Assembly (NCBI GenBank): GCA_977862235.1
Contig: OZ374559.1
Span: 1,240,001 to 1,304,000, forward strand
Source: Dudresnaya verticillata
Lineage: Eukaryota
Direction: 5' to 3'
DNA: 64,000 nucleotides
Numbering within the stretch: the first letter of the stretch is position 1; every line of letters begins with the position of its first letter. Shown in pieces: positions 23,300-33,261 of the stretch. The position numbers were made by a program, and so were the translations under genes. Under the pieces are notes generated by a model, which made no database searches, was not told the origin of the DNA, and saw only the letters and a program-made list of their open reading frames with translations.

Positions 23300-25551
23300 G
23301 TTTAAGGATCTCGGCAAACGCTTTGTCTACAAAATCTTGAAGCGATTTATTCGCCCTCTGTAACTGTTTTGTAGGTGTTCTTGAAAGTGCAACACATTGA
23401 TAAGTAAGGACTGAGTTTACAAGAGTTCCATTTCATAACTTGCTTTGTCCCACAAAGGAGCAACTTTAGCACTCATTGAATTGACTGTAAGTAAATTCCC
23501 TCCTCTGCAACAACTCGAATGGTATTGTTCCAACTACATGTATTAGCCATCTATATCATCACCATGACAATAAAGAGGCCGAACAATAATTATTAAGTTT
23601 GGAAAGGGTATAGGGAATGACAGCGGCAGTGGCCGGACTGTCTGCGTAATTTCACACGCCGGGATGTTCTGTCACCTCTTATTTGGTCGATCCCGCCTGT
23701 CAACGACAACGAGAGCACCGTAAATTTTAAATTGGCCTACGAAGACTTTTGGGTTCAATCAATAATAGCCGTATCTTCTTCGATGTGGAGAATATTTGAC
23801 ACAATTACAGAATACAAATACTTTGGGCAGAGGATCTGCCCCAATCAAATCTTCATTCAATGCACTCATCGAACAGCGCTTGCCCAAGTTGTTTCTGCAA
23901 TAAAGAAAAACAATATTCTTCAGAAGGCTTCTTCTTCTTCACGCACAACACGGCCACGCATGCATATTAATCATTAAAACTAGCGACTTTTCTCGAAACT
24001 TTCCATCTTTCAAGAGAGGAAGCGAACATCTACCTTCTCCCAGAAAACACGACACTCTGGTACTCTGACTGAAGGCGGCGGAATTCAACTCCTTTTTTGA
24101 TATTCAGACATATTCCTTTGATATACCCTTTCACAAGTCCCAGAAATGAGTTGGTCGAATACCAAGTACGCATCCACTCAAATGTCTCTGGAGCATTTCG
24201 TTGGCCTTAGTTAAATCATTACCGAGTCCGGGTCCATATCAACCTTTTGTGGACATAGAGCCACCGCAAAGTCCAATCCCTTCGGATCATTTTTTGGCAA
24301 GCAAGTGATAAATCGATCAGTGCTTGTTATGCTATCTACCCAAATGTAAGTTAGGAACTCTCTCAAAAACCCTGCCCACGGGACTATGTCCTTTTTGTTG
24401 GAATAGGAGCAGACTCAATAGTGAAAATGATTAAATGTTGCGTGACCTCAGAAGAATTGGGAGGGAAATATCTTCTTAGACTTCCACTCTTGAAAGAATG
24501 TGGGTCTTGTCTACCCACTATAAACATTTTTTAAAAACATTTGTCGGGGAATGTGCGCGACCAAACGCCTTGCCAGTGTGGGAATAATTTCACTGAGCGG
24601 ATAAAAAACCTGATGATCAGCCCTATTTTCTCCTCGACAGAATACAACGCTTAAAAATAAATATCAACAATGGAGTTAATCAGCAGTTGGGCAAGATGCC
24701 GTTTGAGCCGATCAGAGTTATAATTCGAGAGAATGTTAAAGATAAGTAGGCAAGTGCCTTAAAACTGCAGGGAAGCATCAAGTTATGTTTTAGACTCAAC
24801 AGTAGGGTTGCTTTAATGGAATATTAGGCCAGAATTATGTACGTAGAGTTGTTTTGCAATGAACCAGGTGTTAATATGTTATTTCTCCCCAATTTTGTAA
24901 GTAGGAACTAGTAATACCCGCATTTCAATTTTGGCGCGCAATGTCACTTTCAATACATAATATTTTCAAGTGCTCTTGTATTACGTATTGGTTGATTCCC
25001 AATTTGTAGAGAATGTCATAGAAAATATGTTGTGTTTCGCTTGCATGCTTTTCGAAATACCCTTACGTTCGGTTTTACTGTTCTATATCGGGCTTGAGTT
25101 GGTCATCTTCAAGCTTCGCACACGTGTAAGCGATTTAAGCGGTGGAAAACCGCAGCACCAATGAAATGTAGGTCAGCCTGTGCTACCCAGTGATCCTTCA
25201 CTCGGACAAGTACACGGTATCCTAAGAGGAAATTGTATCATTTTTGTAGCGAAGTAGATCTTCGGACCACCTCAGCTATAACGTGGCTATAACTCAACTT
25301 ACTTGTCATAGCTAGACGACATAACCATCAAATAAAAAAACATTATAGGTTTACCACCTAGACGTGCAACTCAAAGTAGACCATCCAACCATTTCCATTC
25401 CCGGGACCAAAAAACCTCTTACAGTATGAATGTTGATCAGTTGTTTCAGTCTACAGCATCACAAGGGTAAAAGCTGTGACCTTCGAAAATCAACGTTGCG
25501 GAACAGACTCTCACCTATGATCGCTTGCCACTTACTAGATGGTCTCGAATC
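23300..25551 (-). mobile_element. Decayed LINE, RT-side remnant
   Basis: Frameshifted minus-strand relics in RT order: GSNGI (~24710), IPT/HWQG (~24585), GRQDPHSFKS (~24515), LIDLSLA (~24320), RPI*IYGALV (~23740). Boundaries approximate. Confidence 0.4.
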
Positions 25552-25834
25552 ATTAGAGGTTTTTAATTATGGGTCTTGCTGCAGGCTGTCTATAACCGTT
25601 CTATATCCAGGAAATTCCGCGATAAAGAGAAGAGAAAATTTGCTTCTCAAACAGAACTGTTCATAGTCTGCATCTCGCAACGTTTCTTTCACGCTGCTCA
25701 ATCAATCGGAGGTGAATTTACGGCTCTGATGCAAGAGTCTCTATGTACACAGGAACCATGGTTCGGATTCGTCTTCTGAAGTTTAAGCGCAGAAGCACTT
25801 GAACTACAGAAGACGATTTGAAGCTGTTCGATCT

Positions 25835-26120
25835 CCCCTTCGTGCTTACCCAAAAGGAAATTCACAGCACTCACGGGTCCGCACTTCTTTGCGGGATATA
25901 GAATGTACCCATCGAAATGCATGCCACCATCCAAATGCTCGTTGCTTCAAAAAGATTTGTCGAACATACGTGATTCTCCCCGGCCCCTTCGTGCTTGTGC
26001 ACAAAAAGATTCAAAGCAGTCACCAGTCTGCATTTTCTATCAAAAAATAGAATGTCCACATCCAAATGAAAGTCACCATCCAAAAGCTAGTTGCTTCAAA
26101 AGAAGCCCTGTCGAGCATAT
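25835..26120. repeat. Subterminal degenerate tandem repeat, period 149 bp, ~2 copies
   Basis: CCCCTTCGTGCTT at 25835 and 25984; ATAGAATGT...CACCATCCAAA..GTTGCTTCAAAA...TGTCGA.CATA recurs at a similar spacing. Confidence 0.8.
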
Positions 26121-26207
26121 GCTGCTTGCAGCTCCTAGGACAGTAACCGTCGTCGCACTGCACCTATCAGAACCCTTACAAAGCCGATTCTATTTCCGTT
26201 TACAGCA

Positions 26208-27062
26208 ATGGTGGTTCGCCTGAAGCTCTCTGTTGCAGAGAGGACGGCATGCTATTCTCTCTTCGTGCAAGAAAACGTACAGAGCAAAAACGGCCGAGAA
26301 TTGTCACGCACGTACGACAAGCTTTTGGCACAACTCAAGCAACACCCAGAGGTTCGCAATACATCGCTTGCCCTGCTTCAAGAGGCTCAGTTAATGACTC
26401 TTAGGCGCAATCACAAAGCCCTTGCTCGCCAGTTCTCCTTTGAGAAAAGGGAGGACGGGGAATTCCTCTTGGATGCGGACGAACGAAAAGTTCTCAAGAT
26501 TCCAGATGGGACATCGCTTGGAAGGTGTGAATTGTTAAAAGCGGCATATGAATATGACCTCAAAGTGGAGAGTGAGATACAGACATCTGCTCAAGAAAGG
26601 ACTGTGTCTCTCCGAACAGTTGCAGTTCGTCTAGCGTCCAAGACTCGAAAAAGAAATGCTTCGGCGGCTTCCTATGCCAAAAGGAAGAAGAGGATTTTAC
26701 AGAAAAAGAGGGCTGGCGAGAGACGAGAGCGCAGTCGTGACCGCTTTCTCGACATAGTATCATGCAGAATGGCCAACAGTGCAAGGAAGAGCCAACACGC
26801 CTTAGAGAAGTATGTTAATCTTCAAATGTTTAAGGAACAACTCATTCCGTCTATGCCTGTGGACGCAGTTCTCTCGGATCCCGAACCTCCCAGTGATCTG
26901 TCCCCGTTTTCAAGCTCTACAAGCTCAGATGCTGAAAATGAAACAGAAGATGATGATTCTAGTGCTGCCAATGGCAGCAGTGATCTGCAGTATTCTAATG
27001 GCGGAGAGGATGGCGATCAAATTGGGCAAGTTCCCTCAGGAGCCTCTGTAATTCAAGCTTAA
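26208..27062 (+). CDS. Harbinger accessory (ORF1-like) protein, 284 aa; putative DNA-binding protein
   Basis: Intact ORF inside the TIRs, convergent with the transposase. Helical N-terminus, basic NLS-like stretch (AKRKKRILQKKR), acidic Ser/Asp tail. A Myb/SANT role is inferred from position only. Confidence 0.7.
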   Translation: MVVRLKLSVAERTACYSLFVQENVQSKNGRELSRTYDKLLAQLKQHPEVRNTSLALLQEAQLMTLRRNHKALARQFSFEKREDGEFLLDADERKVLKIPDGTSLGRCELLKAAYEYDLKVESEIQTSAQERTVSLRTVAVRLASKTRKRNASAASYAKRKKRILQKKRAGERRERSRDRFLDIVSCRMANSARKSQHALEKYVNLQMFKEQLIPSMPVDAVLSDPEPPSDLSPFSSSTSSDAENETEDDDSSAANGSSDLQYSNGGEDGDQIGQVPSGASVIQA

Positions 27063-27448
27063 ATGCTTGCTGTGAAAGTCGCTATGGAGCCTTGCTTTGA
27101 ATCAGATAGTTCCTAGAACTGTGTACTACAGTTTTACTGTCGGGAGCATCAATTGTACGTATGCACAGAATTGTTTTCCCTCATAGCCACCCTCCTGCCG
27201 CAGTCAAACCCTCCAAGATACCGCCGGTACGATGCACCGGGCGGTGAATTGCAACGGCATCGGAATAACGGTTATAACATCCGCCTTTAAAACTCCTAGG
27301 TCCATATGAGGGTCACATAGATGAGATTATGTTACAGAGATCACAGGGCTTCCGGCACGTGCAATTCAAAAGTTCAGGAAGGCTTCAAGGTGACTTAAAG
27401 TTTATTGGTTATTCGGTTAGAAGGCTAGTCGCTCGATTTGCACTGTAT

Positions 27449-28168
27449 TCACAGTATATATCTCCAAAACGCTCTCCTCTCGTATCCATCAATAGGTTGC
27501 AGCCCAGAGTCATGTCTCCAATACCTCTCCAGTCGCCTTTGTAACGGAATCAATGTATCGCCCCTCCTCTTCCACCTCCAATTCGCAAGCATCGCTGCTG
27601 CCTCAAAGCATGGGAAGAATATGTGCTCCCCGTACGGCCATCGTCCAAGAAAAACTCTGAAACGATTGGTAATATATCCAATGCCCCATTCATTGCAGAC
27701 GCGTTGAATGCGTATGTCGCGGTTGAACATTGTCCTGTACGCGAACGTTTCCCCTTCGTTGTTTTTGAAAGGACAAAGTACTGGTCCAGGTCCGATAAAT
27801 CCCGTGTCTCCAATGACTACTTCGTCTCCAGTAAAGAAATTGCTCCGGTGCTTGACTGGGCTTGTATTGTTAAAATGTGCCTGTCATGCCAGGAACCATG
27901 CTCGGTATAGTCCAGTCTGATGAATGTTCCAAAAGAATCAATCCAAACCAGCAAACCGTAGGCATGTTTCCGATGATGGCCGTCGTACAGCCTTTCCTGG
28001 CGCTCATCATCCGTTGGCCGAAACGCACTAGCTTTAAAGCAATCCACAAACCCGATTGCATTCGGAAATCCATAAATTGTTTCTTGTAGCGACTCACGTT
28101 CTCCAGCAGAGGGCCACTGAATGCTGCAGTCTTGAGTTCCCTTCTGTGCAAACGAAACTGCAAACGTG
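27449..28168 (-). pseudogene. Harbinger DDE transposase, C-terminal (catalytic) part
   Basis: GFPNAIGFVDC (D1), GSWHD, a 1-nt frameshift at ~27872, VIGDTGF (D2), FNRDIRIQRVCNEWGIGYITNRF (E). Joins 55405-56077 in frame when the Gypsy and one TSD copy are removed. Confidence 0.92.
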
Positions 28169-29080
28169 TGTGGTGCAAAACGTCTAAGACGATGGACCGC
28201 CGAGCAGTTCGGGGCTCGGTGGGTAGCTGCGCCCTCGGCGGTAGGTAGACCCGCCGTGGGCGACTTGGTGGGAGAGCAAGGGAACACGCCTTGGGCGGAC
28301 TGTAGACACGCCCGAGGCGGAAGGTGTGAAGGAAGGGAAAGGGAAACGGAAAGGGAACACGTCAGGGACGATGGTAGACGTGGAAGCACGGGAGGTAGAC
28401 GCTTAGCCGTAGGCAGCGGTAGAGTACGCGCGTGCGGAACGGGGAAGTCTGGACCAAGGCCGGCTTGCCCGGGCGTTTACTGTTACGTCTGGGATGGCTT
28501 AACTAAGTATAGTACGGCGGTACGGCGGCGGCGGTGCGTGCGCGTAGCGCGGGAACTCGGGACACGTGTCGTCCCGAGGCGCGTCTGACAGATCACGCGT
28601 TGCATGCAGCCGCGCGCCTGATAGATCGCCGTACGGCCCCCTATGCGGCTGCTTACACGTACACGTGGACGCGTGTGTCTTACAGCCGTGCGTGCGCGCG
28701 CACTGTAGAGCGTGCGCCTTGGATCTAATCTGGTACTTGTCTGATCCCGATCCCATCCGGATCGGGCCAGCAATGCGAATACCCGCAGCCTTACAGGTGC
28801 GTATCTTACAGCTTAGGCGATCCAGATAGCCAATCTGGATGCCGGATCCGGATCGCATCCGGATCCGTGCTACAGTGCCCCGGGGCTCCATGTCGGCCCA
28901 TCACCGTACAGTGCCCGCGTGGCGCGCGGCGCACAGTACGCGGGCGCGCCTCGGCAAGCCGTCGATGACGTGTTCGCGCGCCAACGGCGGTGGTGAGCAC
29001 CGGTGGCGGTTTCTCCGTCGGTCGACGTATTTAGTCTGCCCGCTTTCAGCGAAAAAGGGCTCGCCTCCCCTTGCACCACA
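28169..29080 (-). repeat. 3' LTR of outer element (type A, 912 bp)
   Basis: Matches 54493-55404 with about a dozen substitutions by eye; terminal inverted repeats; preceded on the minus strand by the PPT. Confidence 0.96.
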
Positions 29081-29092
29081 CGACCCCCTCCA
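29081..29092 (-). other. Polypurine tract of outer element
   Basis: Minus strand TGGAGGGGGTCG immediately before the 3' LTR; same motif at 50711-50721. Confidence 0.8.
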
Positions 29093-29369
29093 AAACGCGA
29101 ACACGACCCGACCCTCAACCTGCTGCCGTGCGTTCTGCCGTTGCGTCCCTGCCGACTTCCGCGCCTTGCGAGCGAGTCCCCGCGCCTTCGCGTATTGTAT
29201 TGGTGCGCCGCGTGCGACTGCGACCTCGGCTGTGCCGTAAGAACTCCGCTCTTGTTGCGTTTGCGTACTCGTGTGGCTGCGTACGCTGCCCCGACGTCAC
29301 CGCCTGTGGCGCATAACGAGCTCCGTCGTTGACGTCTATCGTATATCCCTCGCCTGGGGCGTTGCAACT

Positions 29370-29625
29370 TAATCGTCATCGACGTCGTTTGCCTTCGGCA
29401 TCGCCATTGGCGCAGCAGTCGAACGTCGTCGACGCGGGTTTCCTTCTCTCGCCTAAGGCGTCGCAACAGTAGTCGTCTTCGACGTCGTGTGCTTTTGGCA
29501 TCGCCATTGGCGCAGCAGCTGAACGTCGTCGACGTGGGTTTCTTTTCCTCGCCTAAGGCGTTACAACAGTAATCGTCTTCGACGCACGCTTCTTGAAGCT
29601 TTCGCCAGTGGCGCAGAACACGAGT
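29370..29625. repeat. Tandem repeat, period 100 bp, ~2.5 copies, upstream of the antisense ORF
   Basis: GGCATCGCCATTGGCGCAGCAG at 29397 and 29497; third degenerate copy near 29600. Confidence 0.85.
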
Positions 29626-29685
29626 CGTCCTTGACGTTTGTACAAGCATCGCCTTTGGCGTTAACACATTCTCGTCGTTGACGTC

Positions 29686-31988
29686 ATGCCGATGTTCAAT
29701 GGCATGCAGGTGGCGGCGCCCGCGGCTGCGCCGGTGTACGCTTCGCCGGTCGACTTCGTCGGAAAGAACCCTCGCGATCACGCGCATTTCTTCGCGCGGG
29801 CCCCCTGGTTTGACCAGGAGGCTTTGCGCGAGGAGGAATTGGTTGCCCATTACGCTACTAGCGGTTTCTTGCCGGGGGGCCTGCCCCTCGGCGTCGTCTG
29901 GATGTTGGAATGGAAGTTACGCTGTGCCGTTCCCGCGGAATGGCTTTGGGTTCGAGCGGGGCAGTCGCGTGCGGACGTCCACGCGCAGTTCGTCTCAGAC
30001 GTGTATCGTCGCTTCACGCGTTATCCGGGGTCGATGTTAACGCCGCCCTTGTTCAATTATGATGCGGGACAGTACCGCACAGCTGGCGAAGCCGAATATG
30101 GTGCTCGTCTTGGGACGCTATCGCTCAAACATGTGAGCGTGTCGATTGAGCCCCGTGTGTTGGGAGAGGCCTACTTATTAGGCGTACGCTTGAAAGCGGA
30201 TTTTCGTTACTTGCATCGTACGGGTACGTTCTTTTGGGAGCGTTGTATCCGGTGGGAGTGCGAGACGCGTCGCCGAAAGGGCGTATTCGTACCTTACCAG
30301 GACATGCAGGTCGGCCGCATTGAGCGTAGTAAGTTACCGTTCTGTTTCGTGAAGGTACCGCCTGTATGGCGAGAGTTTGAGATCTGCGAGGGTTTCTCGG
30401 TAGAGCTTCCTCCGTGTGTCACGTATCTTGGTTCCGAGCTGATGACCGACCCCTATTCCAGGTATTGGATCGTGTTTTACACGGAGTGGGTCGCCAATGT
30501 GGCGCATGCGTGGTTATGGGAGGTGTATGACACCTTCCCTATGTACCACTTGCCCCCGCGTGTGGTGGCTCAGCTTGGCAGCCTCGACTTGGTCGAAATA
30601 TTTGGCGGGTCCCGGAACGCCGAGGAGTTCTGGAACCTGCGCGCTGTGGCGGATGAGATCGATTGGAACGACCCGGCAATGGTGCCGTATGCGAACAACC
30701 GCCGTAAGGCGAACCGTCCGCGATTCGCGATGAGTCGGACTCACTCCGCCTGTGGCGATTGGGTCCATTATAACCCGTGGACTAAGCGTCGTACGACGAA
30801 GAACATTGCGGAGCGCCATCGCAAAACGGACCGCTTCACCCCGGGTAATCACCCGCGTGGTTTGCGTAAGAGCTGCGACTTTGTCTGTGATTTTCCTCCG
30901 CATCTGAGCGCCTTAATGGCCGAGGAGGATGCGTTTAACGCCGATGGTGGACCGGAGAACCCGTCTGGGATGGACATTGCTACGCCTATGGCGGTTGAGT
31001 CGACTGCCGAGCCTGCGCCCGCGTCTTCGGCTTTGCCGGAGGCGCTGTCGGTGGCGGTGGAGTGCTAGCTGGCCTGCCAGCTGTTGCTCCTCTGGACCTT
31101 TCGGCTCCCGTCGCTGACGATGATGGCGATGCCGTTATGGCGACGCCAATATTGGAGCCGGCTCCGCCGACCGTGACGCCTCAAGGCGAAGCATCAAACG
31201 TCGCAGACGGTTCTGGGGGTCCAGCTTCGGTGCCGGTTTGGACCGAAGAGCAGCGCCGCACCGTGCTTGCGTTATTGCAGGCGGCAGGCGTCGCTACTAG
31301 CGGTCTGGGCGGCTCACCCACTGAGTGGATGAGCCAAGCTTTGTCGGCTGCGGTTCCACCTCAGGGTGGACCCGCAGCGAAGTCGATTAGTGTCGTAGGT
31401 TCTGCGTCGAAGGACGGTGTGGCAGAGAAGCCTTCATCGCCTAAGGCGAATGGTCCGGCGTCTAAAGACGTGAGTATGACTGTACCGCCTGTGGAGAGCG
31501 AAACGAATGCCGCTATAGCGTCGTTGACGGCTTCGAAGGAGCTAGGCGCTCCTGCGTCATTGACGGGTGTCGGAATAACAACGCCGAAGGCGAGTGAAGA
31601 GGCGACGCCAATGAAGGCGGTTTCTGAATTGGCGCCAAAGGCGGTTGACGAGTCGTTGACTACGCTTAAAGCGGATGGGGCTGTGCCCGCGCCTAAGGCG
31701 AACGATGGGTTGAGCTCTGCGCCTGTGGCGGGTGTTATTGCTTCATCGCCTTTGGCAGATATTGTAGCGACGACGCCTAAGGCGATTGATGAGTCTCCCA
31801 CTTCGTCTGCGGCGCCTGTTGCAGCCACTCCGGCAGTTGCGGTGGCAATGCCTTTGCGGTCCGCCCCGGCTCCTGCCGTGAGTGTACTGTCAACGACGGA
31901 GGAAGACCTCTACGAAGAGGCGTTGCGTGAGTCCGCCGAAGGCGCTGAGGGTGTACCACCCGATTCGTCTGCGACGAAAGATTCTTGA
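29686..31988 (+). pseudogene. Retrotransposon antisense extra ORF, copy A (~767 codons, one frameshift at ~31040); unknown function
   Basis: ORFs 29686-31068 and 31062-31988 join by a 1-nt indel and align end to end with 47908-50260 (MPMFNGMQVAAP...DLYEEALRESA). Opposite strand to pol. Confidence 0.88.
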
Positions 31989-33261
31989 TGTCGTTTCAGG
32001 AACGGATAGCGGACGCGAGGTGCGTACTTTGTTGCCCTTCAACTCCCTTGCGGGACCGATGAGTGGGGTATTCCCCTTCGTCCTTGACGATTAATGTAGC
32101 TGTAGTGGTCGATCGCTAGGGCGAGGGGTTGTCCCCATTTGTTTTTAGCCCAGTAAACTTCGGCCATTGTCAGCGTCTTTGTGTGTCGCGTTTCGCGTTG
32201 GCCTTAGGGTGTGACCTGTGATCCACTTTCGACTTTGCGTCGTGTTCTTGGTTGTCCGCTACAGTAGCGCTGGCGTTTGATGCCTTTAGCCTTGGCCGTG
32301 CGTTGGCACTTGGCTGTGTTTGTCCAGTAGGGTCCGCTGTAGTAGCGTTGTTCTTCGTGTTTCACGCGTGGCGTTGTCATATTTCCGCTTACTTAGCGTT
32401 TTTGTAATGCGTGTGTCGCACTGCGCCTTGGGCGTGGTTTGTCGGCGTCCTCGACGAGGGTCGCGAAGGCGGTGAGGTAGGTTTTGAAGCCTTGGCGTTA
32501 CCGCCACCTCCGTCTTCGACGTTCCTCCTTGGGGGTAGGGTAGCGTTGTCGGTCGCGCTCGCGCGACTGCGACGCGGCGGCTGCAGGCAGCGGCGGAGTC
32601 GTTGGCGATTTGTTGGCGCGTCGTGCACGGAACCCGCAGTAACTGCGTCTTCGACCACCTTCCCCCCCTTCGGGGGTGGGTTTGTCGGTGCGCCCCTTCT
32701 CGGCGAGTTACGTCGGAGACGTTCGACGGCTCTTGCGCGCGAGACCGTGGCCGGCAGGGTGGCGGTCCCAGGGACTTGGCCGTGGGGCGAGGCACGTCTC
32801 AACGTCGGAGACGGTTGTCGTGCGCTGCCACTTTGCGCCTGTCGTCGCTGGGGCTCGTAGCACCTGCTCAGCCACTTGGCGTAATTGCGTTCGTCGTGCG
32901 TTGACGGCGGGGTGGTGCGCGCTGCCGTGTTTGGAAATTAAAATTGGACCAATTACTGCCTCATATTACCCGAGGGTCGCCGGCGGCGGATCTCGATTTG
33001 CGATCTGGATCCACTGTCAACAGCGCACCCATCTAGAAGTTCCGTATGGGGGCTGCTGCGAGGTGGCGTGCGCGAGGCTGTCTATGACGCAACGACTTGC
33101 GTCCGCGTTCGTCCATGGCGTGCACGCGTGGTTGACGCTGTCGCTCCGGCGACCGCGTCCACAGGGCATGGGTTGAGCTTCCGCGCCGTTGGCGATCGTA
33201 GGGCGAGCACGTGGGCTCGATCGTCCGTCCATTCGCTTCCAGCGGTATTTCCGGACTAGGG

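Noticed and set aside
28166..29332. ORFs inside LTRs, repeated at 38908, 51346 and 54267-55403
   Set aside because: They recur only because the LTR is repeated, and their frames are not conserved between LTR types.
25835..29625. 149-bp and 100-bp repeats as a CRISPR-like array
   Set aside because: They are contiguous tandem units of 2-3 copies with no unique spacers and no cas genes, in a eukaryotic TE context.
29686..31988. Extra ORF as env
   Set aside because: It is antisense, with no signal peptide or transmembrane segment.
32286..33259. ORFs in the spacer between pol and the antisense gene (also 46569-47388)
   Set aside because: The two spacers are homologous in blocks, but I could not see a protein frame conserved between them.
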